This document shows, one piece after another, positions 1-9,856 of a stretch of 64,000 bases of DNA. The position numbers were made by a program, and so were the translations under genes. Numbering within the stretch: the stretch's first letter is position 1; every line of letters begins with the position of its first letter. The stretch lies in assembly GCA_026003075.1 (NCBI GenBank), contig BPGO01000006.1:7928-71927 (forward strand), read 5' to 3'. The notes under the pieces were generated by a model that did not search any database, had not been told where the DNA came from, and saw only the letters and a list, made by a program, of their open reading frames with translations. This DNA comes from Fimbriimonadales bacterium. Its GTDB lineage: Bacteria > Armatimonadota > Fimbriimonadia > Fimbriimonadales > GBS-DC.

Positions 1-1
1 C

Positions 2-295
2 GCAGACAGCGCGTTAGGCGGCTGGTTCCACAACTGGGGCAATCACGACGGTCCGCGGGTTCCCGTTCGAGGCGAGCACCCGCAGTGGGGCATGCATCGC
101 ATCAAGTGCGCCAACGGCTATTGGGGCGCGAGCGGAGGCTACGGAGAGTGCAGCTATCGCCATGTGGATGGCGGCGCAAACATCGTGTATTGCGATGGGC
201 ACGCGCAATTTATGCCAGGAAAACGCATTCGTGGCGGTATCGACCTGCCGTGCGAATCGCCCGTCGTCGACCCGCGTAAACGCATGTGCCCCTAA
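2..295 (+). CDS. C-terminal fragment (5' end lies outside the window) of a DUF1559 / H-X9-DG prepilin-like protein
   Basis: The frame is open from nt 2. The tail ...SYRHVDGGANIVYCDGHAQFM resembles the His...Asp-Gly C-terminal signature of DUF1559 proteins. Stop at 293-295. Confidence 0.6.
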   Translation, partial: ADSALGGWFHNWGNHDGPRVPVRGEHPQWGMHRIKCANGYWGASGGYGECSYRHVDGGANIVYCDGHAQFMPGKRIRGGIDLPCESPVVDPRKRMCP

Positions 296-350
296 TTCAA
301 GAAAACTCGGCTACCCATTCATCGCGCGGGAGCAGAGGCATTCCATACGC

Positions 351-1466
351 CTAAGCGCACGCCCCTACTCTCGTAGCATCTGCCAGCCAGTCCACGACCG
401 CCTTCAGGTCGCCGCCCGATTCGTCGTAGACGCGCAGCTGGCAATCCGCGCTGGTACCCTCCTTCACGATTTTCCGCGCGTGTTTGACCGCCTCCCAACT
501 GCCCAACTGCTCTGCGTAGGGACGCAACAAGGCGAGCAACTCCTCCACCAGCTCGTCGAAGGGCACGCTCTTGCCCGCGCCGAAGTCGATGAGTTCGCCG
601 CGCACCCCGTGGCGCACCGCACGCCATTTGTTCTCCCGAATCAGGTCGCGATGATAGATTCGCCACGAACGGTTGCCCAAACGCAGGTCGACCAGAAACG
701 CCACCAGCGCCTGCACAATCGCAGCAATACATACCGCGTCCTCGATACGAGTACACACATCGCAGACGCGAAACTCCAGCGTTTTGTATTTCGGATGCGG
801 GCGCACATCCCACCAGACCTTCGTGCGATCGTCGATGACGCCGACACGCTCTAAGGTACTCATAAACAGGTCATAATCCGCATACGAGGCGAACGAGTCG
901 GGGATGCCCGTGCGTGGGAGCGTCTCGAAGACCACGCTGCGGTAGGACATCAGCCCGGTGCGCCTGCCGTCCCAAAAAGGCGAACTGCATGAAAGGGCCA
1001 ACAGATGGGGCAGGAAATAACGCGCCTGATTGAAGATATCGATCGTCAGTTCCAAATCGCCCAGCCCCACATGCACATGCATCCCGAAAATGAGCAGGCG
1101 TCGGGCGATGTCCTGCATATTCTCTTCAAGGGCTTTGTAGCGCAAGCGCGGCGTGATGGTCTGTTCTATCCAGCGCGAGAACGGGTGCGTGCCCGCTGCC
1201 ACGATGCGTTTCCCCTGCGACTCGGCAATCTCAATCAGCGCACCCCGCAGGCGACACAGTTCCTGCCGTACCTCGTGAATGTTTGCACAAACCTGGCTGC
1301 CCACTTCGATCTGCGACATCATGAACTCCTCTTTCACCTGCTCCTGGAGTCGTACGCGCCCATCGGGCAGGATCTTCGAGACATATGAATCGAGCGCACG
1401 GGTCTCCGCGTCCACAATCTGATACTCCTCCTCGACGCCCAGCGTCAACGGCACGCCTTTGAACAT
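351..1466 (-). CDS. ybdK: carboxylate-amine ligase, YbdK / glutamate-cysteine ligase family 2
   Basis: 371-aa ORF with an ATG start. The N-terminal LTLGVEEEYQIVD motif and the overall length are typical of the GCS2/YbdK family. Confidence 0.8.
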   Translation of the reverse strand: MFKGVPLTLGVEEEYQIVDAETRALDSYVSKILPDGRVRLQEQVKEEFMMSQIEVGSQVCANIHEVRQELCRLRGALIEIAESQGKRIVAAGTHPFSRWIEQTITPRLRYKALEENMQDIARRLLIFGMHVHVGLGDLELTIDIFNQARYFLPHLLALSCSSPFWDGRRTGLMSYRSVVFETLPRTGIPDSFASYADYDLFMSTLERVGVIDDRTKVWWDVRPHPKYKTLEFRVCDVCTRIEDAVCIAAIVQALVAFLVDLRLGNRSWRIYHRDLIRENKWRAVRHGVRGELIDFGAGKSVPFDELVEELLALLRPYAEQLGSWEAVKHARKIVKEGTSADCQLRVYDESGGDLKAVVDWLADATRVGACA

Positions 1467-1581
1467 GATATCACCGCTCGCTTAAATACTTTCTGGTGCG
1501 TAAAAATCCTACGTTCACTATTGTAATCTTCTGTCGCCGACACAGCGGATGGGTTGCTTATTCGGTACAATCCTCTGCCAC

Positions 1582-2862
1582 ATGGCAACGCACTCAGCAC
1601 TCTCTGCGGGCAGCAAGCCGCCTTGGAGCAATCGCGCGTTGGGTTTCGTGCCCACCCCACCCGAAATCGTGGCGTTTATGACCGCTCTTGCGACTCCGCC
1701 CCCGAACACCGCGGTGCGCGTGTTGGAGCCTGCCTGCGCCGATGCGCGGTTTCTAACCGCATTTCTCCAGAACTATGGCGACCATCACCGCTTCGTTGGT
1801 GTGGAAATCCACGCCCCCACCGTAGCAACGACGAAGCCCCACCTCCACCCCGCGATTAAGCTCATCCAAGCAGATTTTCTGCTTTGGGACACCGATGAAC
1901 GGTTTGATGTTATCATAGGCAACCCGCCCTACGGCATCGTCGGCGACGCATCCCACTACCCTATCCACCTGCTCAAGGAACGCAAAGCGGAATACAAACG
2001 GCGCACTGCGACTTGGAAAGGCAAATACAATCTCTACGGCGCATTTATTGAGAAAGCCGTGCGCCTCTTGCAGCCGCGCGGAAAACTGGTACTGATTGTG
2101 CCGACGACTTGGCTCGTGCTGGACGACTTTGCGCTGCTCAGAAATTTTCTCGCAGAACGGGGTCGTGTGGAAGTGTTCTATGTGGGCAGGGTGTTTCCTA
2201 AAGTGAATGTGTCAGCAGTGGTGCTTCGGTTCACTGCCAACGGACAGGGTTTGGCGCTATACGACTTAGCGGATGGCACATGGCGTTCCGTAGGCTCAGA
2301 CAGCAGTATTCATCCTGATGTTGAAAAAAGCGTCTACCGAGGCGAACTCATCCGCTTTGAGACCCCCATGTGGCTGGCGTTTGAGCAAGCGGGTGTGCCG
2401 TTGGGTGAGCTGGTTCATATTCACTTTGCGGCGCGTAGCCCCGAGTTTCGCAAGAGCGGATTGGTTCGCACGGTCCCCCAGCCAAACGATGTCCCTGTGC
2501 TGACGGGGCGCAACTTGAAAGCGAGGCAGATTGACTACGAGACATGCTACAGTGGGTGGTGGATGCGCCGTGAAGACGCGCCGCAACTCCGCCGATTCTA
2601 CGCGCAGCCCCACCTTGTGGTCGGACACACGAAAGGTACGCGGCTTGTTTGCGCGGTGGACTGGCGGGGCTATCCGTGGCGGGAAGAGTATCATCTCATT
2701 CCACGCGAAGGCGTGCAGATCGATTGGACCGCGCTGGAACGGTATCTAAGCAGCGAACCGATTCAGGAATACTTGCAAAAGTTATACCGCGATTTCACCC
2801 CCCACCTGACCAAGACCATGTTGGAGCGGGCGCCCGTTCCACCCAAGAGCGTGTTCCGATAA
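1582..2862 (+). CDS. gamma-class N6-adenine DNA methyltransferase, M.TaqI-like (TCGA-type), with no adjacent endonuclease
   Basis: Motif I-like [12 protein letters not shown] and motif [10 protein letters not shown]. Long collinear similarity to M.TaqI as I recall it ([82 protein letters not shown]). The start at Met12 of the ORF (1582) matches the M.TaqI N-terminal length; 1549 is an alternative start. Confidence 0.85.
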   Translation: MATHSALSAGSKPPWSNRALGFVPTPPEIVAFMTALATPPPNTAVRVLEPACADARFLTAFLQNYGDHHRFVGVEIHAPTVATTKPHLHPAIKLIQADFLLWDTDERFDVIIGNPPYGIVGDASHYPIHLLKERKAEYKRRTATWKGKYNLYGAFIEKAVRLLQPRGKLVLIVPTTWLVLDDFALLRNFLAERGRVEVFYVGRVFPKVNVSAVVLRFTANGQGLALYDLADGTWRSVGSDSSIHPDVEKSVYRGELIRFETPMWLAFEQAGVPLGELVHIHFAARSPEFRKSGLVRTVPQPNDVPVLTGRNLKARQIDYETCYSGWWMRREDAPQLRRFYAQPHLVVGHTKGTRLVCAVDWRGYPWREEYHLIPREGVQIDWTALERYLSSEPIQEYLQKLYRDFTPHLTKTMLERAPVPPKSVFR

Positions 2863-2912
2863 CCACGTCCCGTATGACTGGTGGGGCGCTGTTCAGGTAC
2901 AATTCCCTCGCT

Positions 2913-4712
2913 ATGAATCAGGCGTTGATACGCAACTTTTGCATTATCGCCCATGTGGATCACGGCAAGTCCACTTTGGCGGACCGCCTTTTAGAGTTCA
3001 CCGGCGCTATCCAGAAAGGCACCCCCGTCGAGCAGGTGCTGGACACGATGGATCTGGAGCGTGAACGCGGCATCACGATCAAGATGACTGCCGTGCGCCT
3101 GCAATACTCCGCTAAAGACGGCAAAACCTATCAACTGAACCTGATTGACACGCCGGGGCATGTCGACTTCACCTACGAAGTGTCACGCAGCCTCGCGGCA
3201 TGTGAGGGCGCGATCCTGGTGGTGGACGCTGCACAGGGCGTGGAAGCGCAAACGATTGCGAATACCAACCTCGCCTATAATCAAGGGCTGACGATTGTGC
3301 CCGTGATTAACAAAATCGACCTGCCCGCTGCCGAGCCAGAGCGTGTGAAAGAGGAGATGGAACACGCACTGCTGATTGACCCCGACGAGGTGATTCTGGC
3401 AAGCGCGAAGGAAGGAATCGGCATCGAGGAGATTCTGGACGCGATTGTGGAGCGTGTGCCGCCCCCCAAAGGCGACCCGAACGCCCCCCTCCGCGCGCTG
3501 GTGTACGACTCCCACTACGACGCTTATGTGGGTGTGGTGGCCTATGTGCGCGTGGTGGACGGCAGTGTAAAGCCTGGCGACAAGATTATGTTTATGGCGA
3601 ACGGCAAAACCTTTGAGGTAACGCAGGTGGGCTACTTCACCCCGAAACTGTGCCCTGCGAGCGCGCTACATACGGGCGAGGTGGGCTATATCACGGCGTC
3701 CATCAAATCGGTCAAGGACGCGCAGGTGGGCGACACGATTACCTCCGCAACCAATCCCGCGCAGGAACCGCTCCCCGGCTTTCGCAAGGTGAAGCCGATG
3801 GTGTTCTGTGGGCTGTATCCCGTGGAGGGCGACAAGTACGCCGACCTGCGCGACGCCTTAGAGAAACTGAGCCTCAACGACGCCGCGATTACCTTCGAAC
3901 CCGAAAACAGCGCCGCGCTCGGCTTTGGGTTCCGCTGCGGATTTCTGGGGCTGCTGCACATGGAGATTGTCCAGGAGCGGCTGGAACGCGAGTTCGGGCT
4001 GGAACTCATCGCCACCGCGCCCAGCGTCGCCTATCGCGTCTATACAGAAGACGGCGAGGTGTTGGAGATTGACAACCCAACCCGTTGGCCCAACCCGGGC
4101 AAAATCGAGCGCGTGGAAGAGCCAATCGTGAACGCGACGGTCATGGTGCCGAACGACTATGTGGGGGCAGTGATGGACCTGTGCATGAACCGTCGAGGCG
4201 AGTTCGTGAGGATGGAATATCCGACGCCGCAGCGCGTGATTCTCTACTACCGCCTGCCTCTGAGTGAGATTCTGCTCGACTTCTATGACCAGCTTAAGAC
4301 CCGCACGCGCGGCTACGCCTCGTTCGATTACGAGCCAGCAGGCTATCGCGAGGCGGATATGGTGAAAATTGATATCCTCATCAACGGCGACCCTGTGGAT
4401 GCCCTGAGTTTTATCGCGCCCCGCGAGCGCGCCTACCCCCGCGCCCGCGCCCTGGTCGAAAAGCTCAAGGAGGTCGTCCCACGCCAACAGTTCGAGGTGC
4501 GCATTCAAGCGGCGATTGGCGCGCGCGTCATCGCTTCCGAAACCATCAAACCGTTTCGCAAGAATGTGATTGCGAAATGCTACGGCGGCGATATCACGCG
4601 CAAGCGCAAACTGCTGGAACGCCAAAAAGAAGGCAAAAAGCGCATGAAACAGGTCGGCTCGGTAGAAGTGCCCCAAGAGGCGTTCCTCAGCGTGCTGAAA
4701 GTGGGGGATTGA
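2913..4712 (+). CDS. lepA: elongation factor 4 (LepA)
   Basis: [23 protein letters not shown]1 motif, [13 protein letters not shown], and a LepA-type C-terminal region ending ...[19 protein letters not shown] at 2913. The upstream part of ORF 2649-4712 overlaps the previous gene and is non-coding. Confidence 0.95.
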   Translation: MNQALIRNFCIIAHVDHGKSTLADRLLEFTGAIQKGTPVEQVLDTMDLERERGITIKMTAVRLQYSAKDGKTYQLNLIDTPGHVDFTYEVSRSLAACEGAILVVDAAQGVEAQTIANTNLAYNQGLTIVPVINKIDLPAAEPERVKEEMEHALLIDPDEVILASAKEGIGIEEILDAIVERVPPPKGDPNAPLRALVYDSHYDAYVGVVAYVRVVDGSVKPGDKIMFMANGKTFEVTQVGYFTPKLCPASALHTGEVGYITASIKSVKDAQVGDTITSATNPAQEPLPGFRKVKPMVFCGLYPVEGDKYADLRDALEKLSLNDAAITFEPENSAALGFGFRCGFLGLLHMEIVQERLEREFGLELIATAPSVAYRVYTEDGEVLEIDNPTRWPNPGKIERVEEPIVNATVMVPNDYVGAVMDLCMNRRGEFVRMEYPTPQRVILYYRLPLSEILLDFYDQLKTRTRGYASFDYEPAGYREADMVKIDILINGDPVDALSFIAPRERAYPRARALVEKLKEVVPRQQFEVRIQAAIGARVIASETIKPFRKNVIAKCYGGDITRKRKLLERQKEGKKRMKQVGSVEVPQEAFLSVLKVGD

Positions 4713-4853
4713 TCCCACACCGTATCGCGAACGGAGGCGCGGATCCCAACGAAACCGCCCTGCGCTATCACGCGTCTTAATTACCGCGCACCCGCGCGAT
4801 GTCCTCGACTCCAAATCGTGTATAATTGGGGTGTATCATCCCTTGAGGGAGAG

Positions 4854-6812
4854 ATGACTATGGGAAAGAAGGCGCATAGGAAAGGGTTCCTACGATGGCG
4901 CGTTGCACTGGCGAGCGTAGCGATTCTCCCCGCCTGGGGCGCGTTCGCTGTTCAGGATCCTTCATGGCAGCGTATTCAGCGCAAGTACGCTGACGCCCTG
5001 TTCGTTCTCACCTCCAGTGCGAATCTCGACCAGAATCTCGGCAGCGGCTTTTTCATCACCCGTCGTGGGCAAGCCGCCGCTGTGGTCCCGAACCTATCGA
5101 ACCAGCAACCGTTATTAGTGCGTCGCGCTGACGGCGCTCTGGTGCGCGTGCGTGTTCTCAAAGCGCAGCCAGCACTGAACCTTGCCCTGATTCAGGTGGG
5201 GAGCGCCGTAAAAACGCCTTGCGTCTTGGGTGATTCGAGCCGCGCTCGTCCAAACGACCCCGTCGGGGTAATGGGCTATGACAAGACGGGTAAGCTGGTG
5301 ATTCGTCCTGCGGTAATTGCGCGTGCGCAACAGACTCCCAGCGGTGTGCGTCTGTTTCGGTTAACGCCTGCCCCGAGCGACCTGTTGCCGGGGGCAGCGG
5401 TACTGAATCGCAAGGGTGAGGTCGTCGCGATTACTGCGACCCCACCGAGCGACCTCGCACTGCCCATCGGCTATCTGAAGCAAATGAGCAGCCAAGCGCC
5501 TGTCGCCCCATCGAAACAGGAAGAGCCGCCCCTTTGGAAGGAGTTGACGCCGATTATCCGTGCTGTGCGCCAGATTTCTGACCTAATCAATCGCTCAGAG
5601 GCGCTGGCAGTGCTCAGCGTGATCGCTTTCCAGGGACGCTGCACACAACAGGCGCAGCGTCTCCGAGAGGAAGCCGTCAATACCACTTCTAAGCTGGAGA
5701 ACGAAGAGGAGCGGAGCTTTGCTTTGTCCAATGTTGCGGTGGCGTTGGCGCGTGGCGGGCAGATAATCGTCTCGCTGGAAGTCGCCAAGTCCATCTCGGA
5801 CTCGGTGATACGCACCGCCACACTGAGCCAGATTGCGCGGTTTGCCGCGCAACACAAGCAGATCCACGATGCACTCCATGCAACAGACCAACTGGGCGAC
5901 TGCGCTGAACGCTGCCATGCATTGGTCACAGTGGCTTTGGCACTGCACCAGTCCGAGCCGCCGAATCTCTCGGCGCCAGCATCAACAGCGCCCTCTGAAC
6001 CTGCCCCAGTCTCGCCTGCCCGAGAGCTTATCCAGAAAGCGCATGACACTGCGCAGCAGCTGACGGGATTTGAACAGGTAGTTGCGCTTGCCGTCGTCAG
6101 CGCAGGATGGTGGTCTACCGGTGCGATCGAAAACGCGCAATCGGCGTTGGATGCTGCCATTCGAGCGGCGCAATCATTAGATGTTGTCACGCGCGAGCAG
6201 GCGCTCCAAGAGGCGGCGTATCGCGTCGCAGGCTACGGGCTTGTAGCGCCTGTGGAGCAACTCCTGAAGCATTTACCTCCGGAGCGTCAGAGCTTACCGC
6301 GCGCCGCACTTGTGGAAACTTTGGCGCGCCAAGGTGAGTTAGAAGCGGCGCAGACGCATCTCGCCCAGCTGCGCGACCCGCGCTATCGCGCCCGTGCCAC
6401 TCTAATGCTGGCGCAACAGCGGCTCGCGCAAGGCGACTATGAAACCGTGAGCCAACTGGCAGCGTCGATCCCCGCAGGGGTGGAGCGGCTTCAGATCGAG
6501 TCGGCTTGGGCACTCGCTTTGGCGCAGAGCGGTCAACTCGAAGAGGCGACCCTTCGCCTGCAACAGGCGGAAGCCGCCGCACAACACCTGAGCGACTCCA
6601 GGCAAATCCCAGAAGCACTGGGCATCGTCGCCGCGTGTTACCTGCGCCGGGGCGACCGAGAGAAAGCAGACGCACTGTTCGAACAGGCGGCGCGCAGAGC
6701 CCAGTCGCTGGGGGAACCATGGGCTTCTACTCTGCTTGCCCAAATTTGGCTTCGCAAAGCAGAGGCGGTGGCGACGCACTTGAAACAAGAACCTACAACA
6801 TCGCCCATGTAG
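4854..6812 (+). CDS. secreted protein with an N-terminal trypsin-like (S1C/DegP-like) fold that has degenerate catalytic positions, plus a C-terminal alpha-helical repeat (TPR/HEAT-like) region
   Basis: GGGAGAG Shine-Dalgarno before the ATG at 4854 and a signal-like N-terminus. GSGFFITRRG...NLALIQV...GAAVLNRKGEVVAI follows the chymotrypsin-fold pattern, but the His/Asp/Ser positions read A/N/A. The C-terminal ~420 aa are Ala/Leu/Gln-rich helical repeats. Confidence 0.55.
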   Translation: MTMGKKAHRKGFLRWRVALASVAILPAWGAFAVQDPSWQRIQRKYADALFVLTSSANLDQNLGSGFFITRRGQAAAVVPNLSNQQPLLVRRADGALVRVRVLKAQPALNLALIQVGSAVKTPCVLGDSSRARPNDPVGVMGYDKTGKLVIRPAVIARAQQTPSGVRLFRLTPAPSDLLPGAAVLNRKGEVVAITATPPSDLALPIGYLKQMSSQAPVAPSKQEEPPLWKELTPIIRAVRQISDLINRSEALAVLSVIAFQGRCTQQAQRLREEAVNTTSKLENEEERSFALSNVAVALARGGQIIVSLEVAKSISDSVIRTATLSQIARFAAQHKQIHDALHATDQLGDCAERCHALVTVALALHQSEPPNLSAPASTAPSEPAPVSPARELIQKAHDTAQQLTGFEQVVALAVVSAGWWSTGAIENAQSALDAAIRAAQSLDVVTREQALQEAAYRVAGYGLVAPVEQLLKHLPPERQSLPRAALVETLARQGELEAAQTHLAQLRDPRYRARATLMLAQQRLAQGDYETVSQLAASIPAGVERLQIESAWALALAQSGQLEEATLRLQQAEAAAQHLSDSRQIPEALGIVAACYLRRGDREKADALFEQAARRAQSLGEPWASTLLAQIWLRKAEAVATHLKQEPTTSPM

Positions 6813-6859
6813 CCCCCAAAAAGCAGGAATCGGCGATTCGGCAATCTATTTATAATAAT

Positions 6860-9727
6860 ATGCGCAGCGTGCTGGCGTTATGGGTAAGCTACATAGGGTT
6901 GCCGCTGGCGTTAGGCGGGTTGGCTTGGAACGCGCCTGCACCGCCCCCGCCCCAGCGCAAGGTGGACTTCGCCCGCGAAATCTTGCCGATTTTCAAAGCC
7001 TCCTGCTTCCCCTGCCATGGACCCGAACGCCGACAAGGGGGGTTGCGCCTGAGTAATCGCGAAGAAGCGTTCAAGGGGGGGATTAGCGGTCGCGTGATTA
7101 TTCCGGGCGACGCCGAGAATAGCCTGCTCGTGAAACGCATCAGCTCCGACGAGGAAGGTCCGCGCATGCCCAAGGGGATGACCGCCCTCTCGCCCGAACA
7201 GATTGAACTGATTAAACGCTGGATTAACGAGGGGGCGGAGTGGCCCGAAGGCGCAGAGAACGCCGTCCACTGGGCATTTGTACCCCCGAAACGCCCGCCC
7301 GTGCCTGAGGTCAAAAACAAAGCGTGGGTGCGCAACCCCATCGATGCGTTCATCCTCCATCGGTTGGAGCAAGAGGGACTGTCACCCGCCCCAGAAGCCC
7401 CCAAAGAGACGCTCATCCGACGACTCTATCTGGACCTAACAGGGCTTCCCCCGTCGCCCGAAGAGGTGGACGCCTTCCTAAAAGACAAACGCCCCGACGC
7501 CTACGAACGCCTGGTGGACAAACTGCTCAGTTCCCCCCACTACGGCGAGCGGCAGGCAATCGTGTGGCTCGACCTCGCCCGCTATGCCGATACAGACGGT
7601 TTTGAAAAAGACCTGCGCCGCACAATGTGGCGCTACCGAGATTGGGTCATCGAGGCGTTCAATCGCGATATGCCGTTTGACCAGTTCACCATCGAGCAGA
7701 TCGCGGGCGACCTGCTGCCGAACCCAACGCTCGCGCAGCGCATCGCGACAGGCTTCCACCGCAACACGATGCAGAACCTCGAAGGCGGCGTGGATCAGGC
7801 AGAAGCGCACGAACATAAACTCTACGACCGCGTGGACACTACGGCGACCGTGTGGTTAGGTGTTACTATGAGCTGCGCTCGCTGCCACGACCATAAATAC
7901 GACCCCTTCAAACAGAAAGAGTATTATCAGTTGCTGGCGTTTTTCAATAACTCTAAAATCTACCCTGTCGGCGACGCCAGCGTCAGCGAGGAGAAGTGGC
8001 TGGAAGCGCAGATCCCTGCCCCCACGCCTGAGCAGGAGCGTCAACTCGCGGCGCTGGAGGAGCGCATCAAGCGCTTGGAGCAACGCGGCGTCTCCAAACC
8101 GTTAACGCTCACGCCCATTGCGATGAGCGCGGAGAACGGCTCCACCTTGAAAACGCTGGATGACGGCTCGGTGTTGGCGCAAGGGGAAACGCCCGACACG
8201 GAGGTGTATCGCGTGCGCATCCGACTGCCGAAAGGCGAGACGCGCGTGATCCTGCTGGAGGTCTTGCCCCACGAGTCGTTGCCCTACAAAGGACCCGGAC
8301 GCGCGGGCAACGGCAATTTCGTGCTAACGGGCGTGCGGATGACCGTCAAGGGCAAGCCCCTCGCGTTTGGCGCGGCACGCGCAACCGCCGTACAAAACGG
8401 TTTTGACCCACGCCACGCGCTGAAGCCCGACAACACCGAAAACGGCTGGGCGTTAGATGGACACCTCGGCAAACCGCAAACGCTGGAACTCTGGCTGGAG
8501 CAACCCCTGCGACTCACGCAGCCCACAGAAGCCGAACTGACGCTGGAGTGCCGCGGCAAGAAATATCCCAAGCATGTGCTGGGGCGGTTCCGAATCCACG
8601 CTCCTCAGAGCGACGCGCTCCGCCTGTGGACGCTCCGCCGCGAATACGAAACGCTCAAACGCCAGATCCCCACCGCGCTGGTCATGGAAGATAACCCAAC
8701 CGACAAACCGCTTACTGCGGTGGTGCGTCCGCGCGGCGAGTTCACGCGGCAAGGCGAGACCGTTGAAACAGGTGTTCCCGCGGTGCTGCATCCGTTCCCG
8801 AAGGAAGCCCCGCGCAACCGACTGGGGCTTGCGCTCTGGCTCGTCGCGCGTGAGAACCCGCTCACCGCACGCGTGCAGGTGAACCGCATGTGGGCAACCA
8901 TCTTCGGGCGCGGCATCGTGGAAACCCTCGACAATTTCGGCACTCAAGGCGCCTACCCGACCCACCCCGAACTGCTCGATTGGCTCGCCGTGGAGTTTAT
9001 GGAGCGCGGGTGGAGCATGAAGCACCTCTATCGCCTTATCGTGACCAGTTCCACCTATCGCCAGAGTTCGCGTGTAACGCCCGAACTGTTGGAACGCGAC
9101 CCGAAAAATGAGCTCTACGCGCGTGCGCCGCGCTATCGCCTGCCCGCCGAGCTGGTGCGCGATAACGCGCTCGCGATTAGCGGACTGCTGAGCCGCAAAA
9201 TCGGCGGACCGAGCGTGTTCCCGCCGCAACCCGAAGGCGTGTGGGACATTCCCTACAACGCCGACCGCTGGGTAACCGACACAGGCGAGAACCGCTATCG
9301 GCGGGGACTATATACCTTCTGGCGACGCACGGCGCCCTATCCCTCCATGGTCGCATTTGATGCTCCCTCGCGCGAGGTCTGCGTGGCGATGCGCCCCCGT
9401 ACAAATACGCCTTTGCAATCACTGGTACTGTTGAATGACCCGGCATTTATGGAAGCGGCTGTTGCTTTAGCGCAGCGCATGGCGCAACACGGCAAAAGCA
9501 ACCTGCAGGCAAGCCTGCGCTACGGGTTCCGGCGCTGCACCGCGCGTGAACCCACGCCGGCGGAACTCCAGCGACTGGAGCAACTCTATCAGCAGATGCG
9601 TGAACGCTATGCTCGCCAGCCCGAAGCGGCGAAAAAACTCGTGGGTGAACCTGACGCCCATCGCGCCGCTCTCACGCTGGTCGCTAATGCTCTGCTCAAT
9701 CTGGATGAAACGATGACACGCGAGTAG
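6860..9727 (+). CDS. PSCyt1 / DUF1549 / DUF1553 (PSD1) family protein
   Basis: CFPCHGPERRQGGLRL cytochrome-like motif, a DUF1549-like block (WVRNPIDAFILHRLEQEGL), a CARCHDHKYDP motif, and a DUF1553-like C-terminus. The ATG at 6860 gives a signal-like start, MRSVLALWVSYIGLPLALGG. Confidence 0.8.
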   Translation: MRSVLALWVSYIGLPLALGGLAWNAPAPPPPQRKVDFAREILPIFKASCFPCHGPERRQGGLRLSNREEAFKGGISGRVIIPGDAENSLLVKRISSDEEGPRMPKGMTALSPEQIELIKRWINEGAEWPEGAENAVHWAFVPPKRPPVPEVKNKAWVRNPIDAFILHRLEQEGLSPAPEAPKETLIRRLYLDLTGLPPSPEEVDAFLKDKRPDAYERLVDKLLSSPHYGERQAIVWLDLARYADTDGFEKDLRRTMWRYRDWVIEAFNRDMPFDQFTIEQIAGDLLPNPTLAQRIATGFHRNTMQNLEGGVDQAEAHEHKLYDRVDTTATVWLGVTMSCARCHDHKYDPFKQKEYYQLLAFFNNSKIYPVGDASVSEEKWLEAQIPAPTPEQERQLAALEERIKRLEQRGVSKPLTLTPIAMSAENGSTLKTLDDGSVLAQGETPDTEVYRVRIRLPKGETRVILLEVLPHESLPYKGPGRAGNGNFVLTGVRMTVKGKPLAFGAARATAVQNGFDPRHALKPDNTENGWALDGHLGKPQTLELWLEQPLRLTQPTEAELTLECRGKKYPKHVLGRFRIHAPQSDALRLWTLRREYETLKRQIPTALVMEDNPTDKPLTAVVRPRGEFTRQGETVETGVPAVLHPFPKEAPRNRLGLALWLVARENPLTARVQVNRMWATIFGRGIVETLDNFGTQGAYPTHPELLDWLAVEFMERGWSMKHLYRLIVTSSTYRQSSRVTPELLERDPKNELYARAPRYRLPAELVRDNALAISGLLSRKIGGPSVFPPQPEGVWDIPYNADRWVTDTGENRYRRGLYTFWRRTAPYPSMVAFDAPSREVCVAMRPRTNTPLQSLVLLNDPAFMEAAVALAQRMAQHGKSNLQASLRYGFRRCTAREPTPAELQRLEQLYQQMRERYARQPEAAKKLVGEPDAHRAALTLVANALLNLDETMTRE

Positions 9728-9802
9728 GGAATGCGCCCAACGCCGAGATAGGGTCGGCTGCTTGATGATACGAGAGGCTAAACCGACCTCCTGCAAAAAG
9801 AC

Positions 9803-9828
9803 GCTCCCCAACCGATAGGCTGGGGAGC
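9803..9828. terminator. candidate bidirectional terminator hairpin between the convergent PSD1-family gene and sufB
   Basis: GCTCCCCA-N10-TGGGGAGC forms a perfect 8-bp stem. There is no clear U-tract. Confidence 0.35.
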
Positions 9829-9856
9829 GCATCGGGAGCGGGTCGGCGATAAGTCG

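Noticed and set aside
162-854. A 230-aa plus-strand ORF at the left end.
   Set aside because: It is antisense to the ybdK-like gene for most of its length, overlaps the DUF1559 tail in another frame, and has no motifs.
3858-4814. A 318-aa minus-strand ORF.
   Set aside because: It is fully antisense to lepA, which has unambiguous GTPase motifs. This is a typical open antisense frame in GC-rich coding DNA.
6506-6859. The N-terminal extension of the PSD1-family ORF (start at 6506).
   Set aside because: It overlaps the 3' end of the preceding gene by about 300 nt and translates to Arg/Gly/Pro-rich low-complexity sequence. The ATG at 6860 gives a proper signal-like N-terminus.
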